A stretch of DNA of 64,000 bases from Planctomycetota bacterium. GTDB lineage: Bacteria > Planctomycetota > UBA1135. Under the pieces are notes generated by a model, which had not been told where the DNA came from, made no database searches, and saw nothing but the letters and a program-made list of their open reading frames with translations. Shown one piece after another: positions 9,875 to 19,259 of this stretch (its first letter is position 1; each line of letters starts with the position of its first letter). The stretch covers positions 64,001 to 128,000 of the forward strand of contig JASFYO010000002.1 of the NCBI GenBank assembly GCA_045047305.1, written 5' to 3'. The translations under genes were made by a program, and so were the position numbers.

Positions 9875-10648
9875 TTAGATTTTCTCTTCGAAGCGAACCT
9901 TAAGTCGCTCCATGATGCGACCAAGAATCTTCGAAACGCGGGATTGGGAGATCTCGCGGATTTCACCGATTTCCTTTAGCGAATAATCGAGAAAGAAGCG
10001 CATGAATAGAATCTCGCGCTCTTCGGCATCCAAGGTTTGCGAAATCAGCTCCAGCAATTCCTTTGAGTGGGCGCCATCATCCGGGCCATCCGAACGTGGA
10101 TCCTCGTAGAAGTCCAAGGTCCCTTCTCCATCACCATGCTCATTGCCAGGTTTTCCACCAGCTAGAACCGGGGTATCACGACCGCCTCCATACAAACGAT
10201 GGTAATCATGCAACTCCAAATCCAGAGCGCTTGCGATTTCAATCTCGGATGGTTCGCGTTCTAAGTCGCGACGCAGCTCTTCGACGACCACCTTCAACTT
10301 ATTCAGGCGATTACGCACTGGACGCGGCACCCAATCGTGCCGCCGCAGTTCATCCAAAATGGCACCCCGTACGCGGTACTCGCAGAAAGCCTCAAACGGA
10401 ACCCCACGTTCTGGGTCAAAGCTTTGGATGGCTTGAATCAAGCCAACATCACCGGCGCCTTCTAAGTCTCCGAACTCGACTGAGCGCGGCAAACGTGCTT
10501 TCACTTTGCGTGCTACCCGAGCCGCATACGGACGGTAGTACTCAATCAAAGCATTGCGCGCTTCGATGCGTTCGGAACCGCGGAACTCGGTCCACAACCG
10601 AACCAAAGTTTGGTTGGTGTCTTTATCGAGCCGAGCGCGTTTTACCAT
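9875..10648 (-). CDS. FliA/WhiG-family (sigma-28) RNA polymerase sigma factor
   Basis: LPRSVEFGDL, GLIQAIQSFDP.RGVPFE, RVRGAILDELR..DWVPR, region 4 LKEIGE..EISQSRVS. Confidence 0.9.
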   Translation of the reverse strand: MVKRARLDKDTNQTLVRLWTEFRGSERIEARNALIEYYRPYAARVARKVKARLPRSVEFGDLEGAGDVGLIQAIQSFDPERGVPFEAFCEYRVRGAILDELRRHDWVPRPVRNRLNKLKVVVEELRRDLEREPSEIEIASALDLELHDYHRLYGGGRDTPVLAGGKPGNEHGDGEGTLDFYEDPRSDGPDDGAHSKELLELISQTLDAEEREILFMRFFLDYSLKEIGEIREISQSRVSKILGRIMERLKVRFEEKI

Positions 10649-10753
10649 GAAGAAGGATGCAAACTTGTGATGGAAGTCGCCCTCCCGTTTGCCGTTGTGA
10701 CGATTTCACGCAAATTGAATTGCGATTGCAAAGAAAATCGGAAGAATCTTCAC

Positions 10754-11200
10754 TCATGCATGCAATACCGCAGCTTCTGCGGCGCGCATTTCTCGGCGTT
10801 GTTGGTCGGTAGCATCTTCTAAACCTAACAAGTGTAGAGCGCCATGCACGACATAAAGCGCAACTTCATCGCACATGTCTATATTTCGTAGAGTTGCCTG
10901 GGCAAGCGCCATATCTAAATTGACTACGATTTCGCCGAATAGGTCATCGTCGTCATAAGGGAACGTGATGACGTCGGTTGGGGTGGGATCATCAAGAAAA
11001 CGCTCATGCAAACGGTTGTGTTCGGCCTCTCCCATCCACACAATTTCCAATTTTACTTTGGCAGGACCTTTTTGCAATTTCCACGCACGCGCAACAAGGT
11101 TTTCCAACCTTTGGTGCGACAAACCAAGCAACTGCGGATATTTCTCCCGCCCAACACGATCACTAAAGCCTAGCTCCGGAGCCTCTTCCGATGTCATCAC
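10754..11200 (-). CDS. ybeY: rRNA maturation endoribonuclease YbeY
   Basis: PTDVITF, GEIVVN, HGALHLLG; coupled to phoH. Confidence 0.9.
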   Translation of the reverse strand: MMTSEEAPELGFSDRVGREKYPQLLGLSHQRLENLVARAWKLQKGPAKVKLEIVWMGEAEHNRLHERFLDDPTPTDVITFPYDDDDLFGEIVVNLDMALAQATLRNIDMCDEVALYVVHGALHLLGLEDATDQQRREMRAAEAAVLHA

Positions 11201-12153
11201 TCGTCTCCGTATGCAGCGACGACGCGCGCAACCAAACTGCTGCGTTGCACATCGCGGGCATGGAATTCCACCATGCCGACACCTTCAATTCCTTGCAGGC
11301 GTTGCATCGCATCTTGCAAACCACTACGCCCACGCGGCAAGTCGGTTTGACTGATGTCGCCAGTGACCACAGCCCGGGTGCGTTCCCCCAAACGCGTGAG
11401 GAACATTTTCATTTGGCCTTTGGATGCGTTTTGGGCTTCGTCCAAGATGACAAAGGAATCATTCAAGGTACGTCCGCGCATAAAAGCAAGCGGCGCCACT
11501 TCGATCATGTCCATGTCCTTCATCCGACGCGCAGCCGAAGGGCTCAATAAATCATTCAGTGCATCATAAAGCGGGCGCAAGTACGGATCGATTTTCTCCT
11601 CCAAATCGCCGGGCAGAAAGCCGAGATGCTCCCCCGCTTCCACAGCGGGTCGGGTAAGCACTAAACGCTTCACTGCGCCATCGCGCAGCGCACGCACTGC
11701 TGCCGCCACCGCGAGAAAAGTCTTTCCTGTACCGGCAGGGCCCGCGGAAAACACCAACTCCTTCTCGTCCAGCAAATCGAGGTAACGTTGCTGTGTCGGA
11801 GTGCGTGCACTGGGAAGCCCATCGCCTTTACGCGTACGAGTTTTTCCATCGAGTACAAGTTCACGCGGGTCCGCGCCACGTTCTCCCGCATCCTCAGCGA
11901 AGGTAGTGCCCAAGAGGGCATCGGCAATTTGCGCGGGCTGATACTCCTTGCCGGCGCGCAGAGTTTGCAACAAGTCTTCCACACGGGCAGCTAGGAGCTT
12001 TACCTCTTCGTCGCCACCTTGCAAGCGTAAGTTGCCGCCACGAGAGCTAAAGCGCACGTTGAAGCGGCGCGAAACCAGCTTGACGTGGCGATCATGAGGG
12101 CCGAAAAGGATTTGCTCCTCTTCGAGGGAAAGCAGCGGGATGCGGGTTTCCAA
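11197..12153 (-). CDS. phoH: PhoH-family ATPase
   Basis: GPAGTGKT, LTRPAVEAGE.LGFLPG, RGRTL, DEAQN, GDISQTDLP. Confidence 0.93.
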   Translation of the reverse strand: METRIPLLSLEEEQILFGPHDRHVKLVSRRFNVRFSSRGGNLRLQGGDEEVKLLAARVEDLLQTLRAGKEYQPAQIADALLGTTFAEDAGERGADPRELVLDGKTRTRKGDGLPSARTPTQQRYLDLLDEKELVFSAGPAGTGKTFLAVAAAVRALRDGAVKRLVLTRPAVEAGEHLGFLPGDLEEKIDPYLRPLYDALNDLLSPSAARRMKDMDMIEVAPLAFMRGRTLNDSFVILDEAQNASKGQMKMFLTRLGERTRAVVTGDISQTDLPRGRSGLQDAMQRLQGIEGVGMVEFHARDVQRSSLVARVVAAYGDE

Positions 12154-12194
12154 ATCTAATCTTGGAGGCGGAGCAAAGGCGCTCCGCAGGATGT

Positions 12195-13019
12195 CTAAGC
12201 ACTATACAAGGTCAGCGCCAAGTATCCATACAGAGCAGGCGCCGCCACCAGAAAAGAATCGACCATGTCGAAACTGCCACCAAATGCTGGTACCGCAGTA
12301 GCCGAATCCTTGGTCTTGCAACCGCGTTTCAATAAGCTCTCGGCCAAATCGCCAAACTGCGCACCGAGGTTGGTCACCAGGATTGCAGGAATCCAAACGG
12401 AAACATCAATATGGCCGCCAAAAGCCCAACTCGCAACCACATAGCCGCCCAACAGCGCACCGAGCACTGAGGCAACAGCGCCTTCCCAGGATTTGTTCGG
12501 GCTAACCTCTGGAATCAGCTTGTGCTTGCCGATGGCACTACCAACCAGGTAAGCGGAACTATCCCCGGCCTTGCAGCCGACCACCAACAACATGACCCAC
12601 TCCCATCCGTCGACGGGATCGATGAGGCGAATGTAGATCACCGAACTGAGCATCAGCGGCACCACAAGCCAGCCAAGCAAGGTAGAGCCAATCCGGGTGG
12701 GAGCACCCTCTACTTGGCGGCTCAAGACTTCGAGCACCAAATAGGCCACGATAAAACCAATAATCAATCCCCCGACTGGAACCCAGCCAAACCATGCATT
12801 CAGTAAAGTGACGGCACCAAAGAACAAGCCAACCCCTTGACGGGCGGCATGCCCACTGTTCTTGAGCATGGTGTAGAGCTCGTTTTGCGCAAGCAAAGCC
12901 AAAATACCTAGAACTAGGATGGCTGCGCCGGGGACCGCCGACTTATCCAACAAGAACAAGCCAACGATTGCGCTGACTAATACAGTGCCGAACCCCAAGC
13001 GTTGTTTGAGATCTTTCAT
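12195..13019 (-). CDS. cdsA: Phosphatidate cytidylyltransferase
   Basis: Multi-TM; DSSAYLVG..IGKHKL.P.VSPNKSWEG, GDLAESLLKR...KDS. ATG 13019 overlaps the uppS stop. Confidence 0.92.
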   Translation of the reverse strand: MKDLKQRLGFGTVLVSAIVGLFLLDKSAVPGAAILVLGILALLAQNELYTMLKNSGHAARQGVGLFFGAVTLLNAWFGWVPVGGLIIGFIVAYLVLEVLSRQVEGAPTRIGSTLLGWLVVPLMLSSVIYIRLIDPVDGWEWVMLLVVGCKAGDSSAYLVGSAIGKHKLIPEVSPNKSWEGAVASVLGALLGGYVVASWAFGGHIDVSVWIPAILVTNLGAQFGDLAESLLKRGCKTKDSATAVPAFGGSFDMVDSFLVAAPALYGYLALTLYSA

Positions 13020-13774
13020 CGGGAGCTTGGCTCCACGGCAGGATCGCAGTCGAGGACTTTGCCGAAGCGACGCACGCGGGAGTGGTAGTCGCGCAGAGCA
13101 TGCAGGAGTTGCTCGCGGCGAAAGTCTGGCCACAGAACGTCGGTGAAATGGAACTCCGAGTAGGAGGCTTGCCACAGAAGGAAATTCGATAGACGGATTT
13201 CACCAGCACTACGGATGATGAGATCGGGGTCGGGCATGTCCGGGTCGTAAAGCGAGCCTGCGATGGTAGCGAGATCCACATCGGCAGCTTTCACTTTGCC
13301 GGCCTCGACATCGGACATAATCTTTTTCATGCCATCGAGGATTTCTTGACGTCCACCGTAGGACAAAGCCAAGCGCAGGGTCATGCGATCACCATCCTTA
13401 GTGGCTGCAGTGACATCTTCCAGAGCGTCGGCCACTTTTTGGGGCAGTTCCTGCAATCGGCCAAGCCCTTGTAGGCGGATCCGGTTCTTGATGAGCCCCG
13501 CCTTTTCTTTTTCCAGAAAACTGGCGAGGAACCGCATGAGCCCTTCCACTTCCAATTTCGGGCGCTGCCAATTCTCAACCGAAAAGGCATACAGGGTGAG
13601 GTGTTCAATCCCCCACTCAGCAGCAGCTTCTACGGTATCGCGGACGGCCTCCACGCCGGCTTCATGCCCGCGTAAACGTAACAGCCCGGTACGCCGCGCC
13701 CAACGCCCATTGCCATCCATGATGACGCCGACGTGCCGCGGCACCGGGAAGTCGGGCTTCAACTCTTTGTTCAT
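13016..13774 (-). CDS. uppS: Isoprenyl transferase (undecaprenyl diphosphate synthase)
   Basis: PRHVGVIMDGNGRWA, YAFSVENWQRP, YGGRQE, PDLIIRSAGEIRLSNFLLWQ. Confidence 0.95.
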   Translation of the reverse strand: MNKELKPDFPVPRHVGVIMDGNGRWARRTGLLRLRGHEAGVEAVRDTVEAAAEWGIEHLTLYAFSVENWQRPKLEVEGLMRFLASFLEKEKAGLIKNRIRLQGLGRLQELPQKVADALEDVTAATKDGDRMTLRLALSYGGRQEILDGMKKIMSDVEAGKVKAADVDLATIAGSLYDPDMPDPDLIIRSAGEIRLSNFLLWQASYSEFHFTDVLWPDFRREQLLHALRDYHSRVRRFGKVLDCDPAVEPSSR

Positions 13775-15069
13775 GCAGGCGCGGCCGCTGGCACACATTC
13801 AAACAACTGATCCCGCCCAGGCCCCACCGATAAAGTGGTAATGGGGGTTTGCATTTGCGCTTCGAGAAACTTCACGTAAGCACGACAGGCTTGTGGAAGT
13901 TCCTCCAGGCTGCGAGCAGCGGTGATGTCTTCTGACCATCCCGGCATGCTTTTGTAAATCGGCGTGATCTTACTGAGACAACTTAAGTCGCCAGGGAACT
14001 CCGTAGTCTCGGTGCCATCTTCGAAGCGGTAGCCCACGCAAACCTCAAGCTCTTCAAAACCACTTAAGACATCTAAGTTGGTAAGGAATACCCCGTCCAA
14101 TCCGTTCAGATAACAAGCGTAACGAGCCTGAACCGCATCGAACCAACCGCAACGACGTGGACGTCCGGTAGTCGCACCGTATTCATTCCCCTGGTCACGC
14201 AATTGTTGTCCAACCGCGTTATCTAACTCACTCGGGAATGGCCCCGAGCCGACCCGCGTGCAATAAGCTTTACTTACAGCCAAGGCGCGATCAATACGGT
14301 TCGGGGGGAAGCCAGCACCGCCGGCAACCCCAGCGAGTCCAGTCCAGGAGGAAGTCACGAATGGGTAAGTTCCGGCGTCTAAGTCCAGCATCAACCCTTG
14401 CGCTCCCTCAAACAAGATGCGTTTGCCAGCCGCATGGGCTTTGCGCACCATGGCGCCGCCATCGACAACCAGCGGACGCAAACGCTCCACTTGTGCCAAA
14501 GTCTTTTCGAGCAAGCCTTGCTGATTCTCAGGCTCTACCGCATAAACTTTACGCATCAGGTTGTTCTTCTCCTCCATCGCTGTGGTGAGAAGTTGCGCGA
14601 AGTTTTCCGCGTTTAAGGCATCGGCAAGACGAATGCCGGTGCGCGAAACCTTATCCGAATAAGCCGGCCCGATACCACGACCGGTGGTACCAATCTTTCC
14701 TTTGCCGCGGCCGCTTTCAGCAAGGCCATCGAGCTGACAGTGATATGGGAAAATCAAATGCACACGACCGTCGATGAACAAGCGCTCTGAAACCGGCACG
14801 CCGCGTTGTTCGAGGCCATCGATTTCTTCGAGCAGCGCATCTAGGTTGACAACAACACCGCGACCGATGATGTTCTCCTTCCCAGCATGCAGAATGCCAC
14901 CTGGGATTAGGTGAAGAACGTATTTCTCGTTCTTGACATAAACCGTGTGGCCGGCATTATTGCCGCCTGCAAAGCGAACAATCATGTCCGCCTCGGCGGA
15001 CATGCTGTCGATGATTTTTCCTTTTCCTTCGTCTCCCCATTGGAGACCGATGACTGCGGTGGATGGCAT
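13771..15069 (-). CDS. purA: Adenylosuccinate synthetase
   Basis: GLQWGDEGKGK, GGNNAGHT, GTTGRGIGPAY, EGAQG, GATTGRPRRCGW. Confidence 0.97.
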   Translation of the reverse strand: MPSTAVIGLQWGDEGKGKIIDSMSAEADMIVRFAGGNNAGHTVYVKNEKYVLHLIPGGILHAGKENIIGRGVVVNLDALLEEIDGLEQRGVPVSERLFIDGRVHLIFPYHCQLDGLAESGRGKGKIGTTGRGIGPAYSDKVSRTGIRLADALNAENFAQLLTTAMEEKNNLMRKVYAVEPENQQGLLEKTLAQVERLRPLVVDGGAMVRKAHAAGKRILFEGAQGLMLDLDAGTYPFVTSSWTGLAGVAGGAGFPPNRIDRALAVSKAYCTRVGSGPFPSELDNAVGQQLRDQGNEYGATTGRPRRCGWFDAVQARYACYLNGLDGVFLTNLDVLSGFEELEVCVGYRFEDGTETTEFPGDLSCLSKITPIYKSMPGWSEDITAARSLEELPQACRAYVKFLEAQMQTPITTLSVGPGRDQLFECVPAAAPA

Positions 15070-15181
15070 GGTATGGCGGTTGGAGGCCAGTAGAAGGGGT
15101 GATTGTCCCCTCACCGCGCAAGATGGCAAGCGAAGAGTGCAATTCCCAGAAAACTTTTCCGGCAGATGCTAGGTTAGTTCT

Positions 15182-15841
15182 GTGTCCCCCCGCGCGCTCG
15201 CACCCGCCCCACTCTCTGAACTTCCCCTTGAGGAGCTTTGGCAGGCCCAAATCCGGCGCTGGCAACGACGTCTTCCGCGTGGCTACGCTCTCGGTACAGC
15301 TGAAGACATCTTCATCGCCCTTCAAGGCGAGTTGTGGCTGGAATGCTTGGGGCTTGAGCTCACCCTTGTTACCGCCACCAAGGCGCTGCGTCGGGTGCTT
15401 TACCGCGAACATGAAGTTGCTTGGCAGCACAGCGCCTTCCCCCTTGCGCAGGCGCTCCCCTTCCTCTGTGCCGCAGCCCCATTGCCGCTAGAACTCCCAG
15501 AGCATGCCCTGCCCTTCGCCGAAGCCTATTTACAAGGCCAAGGCTCTGAGGGTTCCTTACGCCGCGCCATGCCCCACTTCGGCTCCCGCCGCAAAGTGCG
15601 TTGCCTGAACACGCTCCTTCTCCAACACCTGACCGATGGCGCGCCGTTGCAAAACCTGAAACGCCGCGCTGCACGCCTCATGGCCTCGGTGGCGCGGGAT
15701 GGAATCACCAAAGTTCACGCCCAGGAAGCCCGTTACCTACGGCGCGCCCTACGCATGTTGGATCCATGCGCTGAAATCGTTCCACTACAGGATTGCCTTC
15801 GCCCCATCCTTAGGGCTGAATCGTCAGCAAAAGCGGATTAG
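15182..15841 (+). CDS. Hypothetical basic, helical protein (possibly a degenerate sigma-like regulator)
   Basis: 219-aa ORF filling the gap between purA and the next gene. An extended -10-like TGcTAGGTT lies 6 nt before the GTG. Confidence 0.55.
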   Translation: MSPRALAPAPLSELPLEELWQAQIRRWQRRLPRGYALGTAEDIFIALQGELWLECLGLELTLVTATKALRRVLYREHEVAWQHSAFPLAQALPFLCAAAPLPLELPEHALPFAEAYLQGQGSEGSLRRAMPHFGSRRKVRCLNTLLLQHLTDGAPLQNLKRRAARLMASVARDGITKVHAQEARYLRRALRMLDPCAEIVPLQDCLRPILRAESSAKAD

Positions 15842-17450
15842 AAATCACCGAATCGAATCCACCGATTCCACGCAAGAGGACGGCCTGGGTCGCCAAAGGA
15901 ATTAGGGGTGCGCCAAGAGGAACCGTAGCCGAGAAGGTGGCCGTTCCAAAAGCATTCGCAACCGCGCTACCCATGATGACGACTGGGTTACGCACATCGA
16001 GCGTAAGGAAGCCGAGCGCGCCTACCGTAGGCCCAACTCCTAGCCCGTTGAGGCTGTAAGTGAAGAAAACCGATTCCCCAGGGGTGGCACCGACCGCGGT
16101 CATGGTGAACACGGATCCGCGCTGCGGAACATTTTCACTCAAGGTGTGTTCGAAAAGGAAACAGTCGTCGAAGCCGTTCAGGTCTGCTGGGATGAGATTC
16201 GAAGCCGTGCTAGCGAAACTAATCCAAGTACCGTTGGCGCTCATCGAGGGGGCGAAAGAATGATGGCTGGCCACAGCTCCAGCGGAGTTACGGCTGATGC
16301 GAGTAGTCAGGCCTTCCTGCCTATCACGCAAAAGGATCTTCTGCAGTGCACTGCTGGGGCCGTCCACCAGGCTATTGGCGTAGGACCAAAAAACCAGATA
16401 GCGCCCGTGCGCGGAAAGTTTCGGCGCGCCCGAAGCGTCATCCGCAATTCCACCCGACGAGGACAGACTTGCATCGGCCGTGGTGTTTGTCACAAGATCG
16501 CGGGTATAGATGTCACGCCAAAAGTTGGTGTCCAAAGGGTCAAGATTGGTTGCATTGGTAACGAATGCCACAATCTGTCCATCGCTAGAAATGGCCGGGT
16601 CAGTACAGTCCCCATTCGATTCAGCTCCAAAGGAGCTCACCGAAACGCGCGTAGTTGTGGAAACACTTCGATCGCGCAGAAAGATATCTCGCTTGTTGTT
16701 GTTATCCGCAGTTACGAGATTGTTCGATGCGCTCTCAAAAAGCACCCGGGTCCCGTCTCCGGAAATCGCCACGGGGCCATCGGAAAGGAAATTGCCTTGA
16801 ACTCCAAGCGTGTTGATACTCATGCGCTGGGTAAGGCCAGCCGGGCGATCTCGAATGAAGACATCGAACATGCCATTGGTATCCCCTGCAACCAGATTGG
16901 AGGCATTGCTGCTGAAGGCCACGACCCCAGCATCGAAGGATAGCGCGAAAGTAAAGCTACCCTGATTCGCTTCACCTCCGGCAGAGGTGACACTCACCCG
17001 TTCAAGGGCTCCAGTCGGTATGTGGTATAGGAAGACATCCCAAGCATTGTTGCTGTCGCCTACAACTAGATCGGGGCTGGAACTCAAAAAACCAATCCAG
17101 TTTCCATCTTCTGAAATCTGGGGGGAGGTTGCCCCAAGCGCCGCGAAACCTCCACCTATGGCGTGGTCGACTAGGGTTAGAGTATCGGTTGCACGGTCCA
17201 GCAGAAATACATCGGCTGTGCTGTTGGTGTCACCGGCCACGAGGTTGGAGGCAAAGCTAGAAAAGGCGACCAACCGACCATCGGTGGAAACAGAAGATTC
17301 CCGTGAGGCGGAATTCCCCTCCAGGTTGGCTGGTCCGCGACTAACTCGGGTCGTGGTCCATTCACTTTGCGCCGCCAGTGGAAGTGCAGTAAGAAACAAT
17401 AGAGCGGGGCCGAGCAGACCGCAGTGGGAATGGTTCGTGAAGCAATACAT
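15810..17450 (-). CDS. Secreted TolB-like (PD40) beta-propeller protein with a distinct C-terminal domain
   Basis: Signal peptide ending LAAQ; about 7 repeats of S.DG..VAF.S.A.NLV.GD.N...DVF..D. Start chosen at ATG 17450. Confidence 0.8.
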   Translation of the reverse strand: MYCFTNHSHCGLLGPALLFLTALPLAAQSEWTTTRVSRGPANLEGNSASRESSVSTDGRLVAFSSFASNLVAGDTNSTADVFLLDRATDTLTLVDHAIGGGFAALGATSPQISEDGNWIGFLSSSPDLVVGDSNNAWDVFLYHIPTGALERVSVTSAGGEANQGSFTFALSFDAGVVAFSSNASNLVAGDTNGMFDVFIRDRPAGLTQRMSINTLGVQGNFLSDGPVAISGDGTRVLFESASNNLVTADNNNKRDIFLRDRSVSTTTRVSVSSFGAESNGDCTDPAISSDGQIVAFVTNATNLDPLDTNFWRDIYTRDLVTNTTADASLSSSGGIADDASGAPKLSAHGRYLVFWSYANSLVDGPSSALQKILLRDRQEGLTTRISRNSAGAVASHHSFAPSMSANGTWISFASTASNLIPADLNGFDDCFLFEHTLSENVPQRGSVFTMTAVGATPGESVFFTYSLNGLGVGPTVGALGFLTLDVRNPVVIMGSAVANAFGTATFSATVPLGAPLIPLATQAVLLRGIGGFDSVISNPLLLTIQP

Positions 17451-17597
17451 GCCGACCATTATGCATCTTGATAGAACTTCTTTGGGATGCAAAACCGCGT
17501 TAATACTCGGGAATAAACCCCGTTTCAGGACATTTAGCCTTCAACCCTAAAAAACTTTCCGGACAGCCTACTGCTGCCAGCTATGGACCTTCCCAGA

Positions 17598-19238
17598 CTA
17601 ACGATAGTTGGGAGCTTCAAACGGAGGCAAGTCCCGTTGGAAATCTGGAATGCGCCAACGGGTGTATGGAACCTCATGCCACGGTTCCAAGTAAATCAAC
17701 TTCACGCCGTCCTGAGTAGTCCTGCGCCAAACCACGGCCTTCATCCGCAGGGCCTTGCCTGGTGCTTCCTGGTATCTACGACTTGGCTCCCACTCGGAAT
17801 CCAACTTGCGCATGGCGATGACGTAAACACTGAAGATGTCGGACTGAACCCCCAGCAAAGCCTGGATTTCAGCTTGGGTGTCTTCTTGGAGTTCTTCGGC
17901 AGCGAATCCATCGACTTCTGTTATCTGCTCTAAAGAACGAAAGAACTGCCGCGGCTCCGGCTCGTATTCCCCGTAAATGGACTCCCGCAATTCACGATCA
18001 TCTGGATCTTCATCATTGCCATCGCGTTCCTCGAGAGCATCTTCGTCGACCTCATTACGGTATTCAAGCAAAGCCGTGACCTTCATTGGCGGAAGTTCCA
18101 CCGACGGGAACATGCCTTCAATCACAGCCCGAGGTGCAGTATTGATGTTAATCAGAGTTCCGATTGGAGGATCGCCATCCAGGACACCTTGCATACCGCC
18201 TTCCCCTTGCACATCGCGCTCGCCATTGAGGCTGGTTCCAGTATCGGCTCCGCTGGACTCAGCATCACCGCCATTCAACAAATCCCCGTTGCTTGCAGCA
18301 TTCTCATTGGAACTCGTAGCGCCGTCAGGATTATCCGAACCAAGAGTATTCGCACCAGCTTGGTCAAATGCCGGAAGCGTCCAAATGGTAAAGATGCTTT
18401 CCAACCCAGGTGCAATCATTTCATTCGGGCGCAGTTGATCGTAAAACAGTTCCTGATTGACTGACTCGAGCAGCATCATCTCCTCTAGCGCACTGAGCAT
18501 GGTGTACTCCGAATCGTCATGGAGCGAGTGCCGCGGCATCAGTGGCAACTGTTCATAACGTGAGTCCACTCGCATCCAGCGTAAAAGTTCGTCGAGAATA
18601 GCGCGGGCATCGGATTCGCCGAGATCATCATCGAAGTCATTACGCATCGCTCCAAGAATGCGCACCGCACGCTCGAAGTTTTCCTCTGCCTGGAGTTCAT
18701 CTTCTACGAGCAACAGATGCAGATTGAATTTCCCGTTTTCGTCACTGACAAACGTGGTGATTTCGATGTCGTCGACCATCACCCGCATCGGCTTCGCCCA
18801 TCCATCCTCAAAAGAATCCGAGTTGGAAGCGTCCTCTTCGCCTTCCTCGCCGCCTTCACCATCTTGACCTTCTTGACCACCCTCGCTCGCGCCTTGATTC
18901 GTATCAAAGCCTGCTCCATCAGCGCCAAGCGCAGAGTCCATTCCGGCGAAAGCACTGGGACCAGAAAGTGCGCTACTGAATCCGCTGGAAGCTTCGCCGG
19001 AGGCATCGTCCTTAAGCAGAGTAAGCAACTCTTCCGCGGTAGTGCGGCAGGCCAAAGTCATGCGCAAGTGATTAGCACGATTGCTGGTTGCCTGGTGCGC
19101 GACCTCTGCGCCAAGCGAGAGCTGGGTAATCAGAGCAATCACCAAAAAAAGCACGAACATGGTGAGGATGAGGATGACGCCTCGCTCCCCTGGCCGTCCC
19201 AGGTGCTTCCTGCTCGAAATGTTGGCTGGCAAACGCAT
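17598..19238 (-). CDS. gspK: Type II secretion minor pseudopilin GspK-like protein with acidic insertions
   Basis: Prepilin-type site ERG|VILILTMFVLFLV; DENGKFNL, LEEMMLL, ININTAPRAV, F.SL.Q...V.G, SDIFSV. Confidence 0.75.
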   Translation of the reverse strand: MRLPANISSRKHLGRPGERGVILILTMFVLFLVIALITQLSLGAEVAHQATSNRANHLRMTLACRTTAEELLTLLKDDASGEASSGFSSALSGPSAFAGMDSALGADGAGFDTNQGASEGGQEGQDGEGGEEGEEDASNSDSFEDGWAKPMRVMVDDIEITTFVSDENGKFNLHLLLVEDELQAEENFERAVRILGAMRNDFDDDLGESDARAILDELLRWMRVDSRYEQLPLMPRHSLHDDSEYTMLSALEEMMLLESVNQELFYDQLRPNEMIAPGLESIFTIWTLPAFDQAGANTLGSDNPDGATSSNENAASNGDLLNGGDAESSGADTGTSLNGERDVQGEGGMQGVLDGDPPIGTLININTAPRAVIEGMFPSVELPPMKVTALLEYRNEVDEDALEERDGNDEDPDDRELRESIYGEYEPEPRQFFRSLEQITEVDGFAAEELQEDTQAEIQALLGVQSDIFSVYVIAMRKLDSEWEPSRRYQEAPGKALRMKAVVWRRTTQDGVKLIYLEPWHEVPYTRWRIPDFQRDLPPFEAPNYR

Positions 19239-19259
19239 CGCTACCTTAAGACGCAGAGC

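Noticed and set aside
10810..10850. YbeY third metal-binding His replaced (HGALHLLGLED)
   Set aside because: Acidic variants at this position occur in other phyla to my knowledge; not evidence of a pseudogene.
16150..17350. Periodic repeats that might suggest an array
   Set aside because: They are protein-level propeller blades with divergent DNA, not CRISPR or tandem DNA repeats.
17493..17597. Possible sRNA or alternative-sigma promoter between gspK and the propeller gene
   Set aside because: I found no convincing stem, terminator or correctly spaced consensus.
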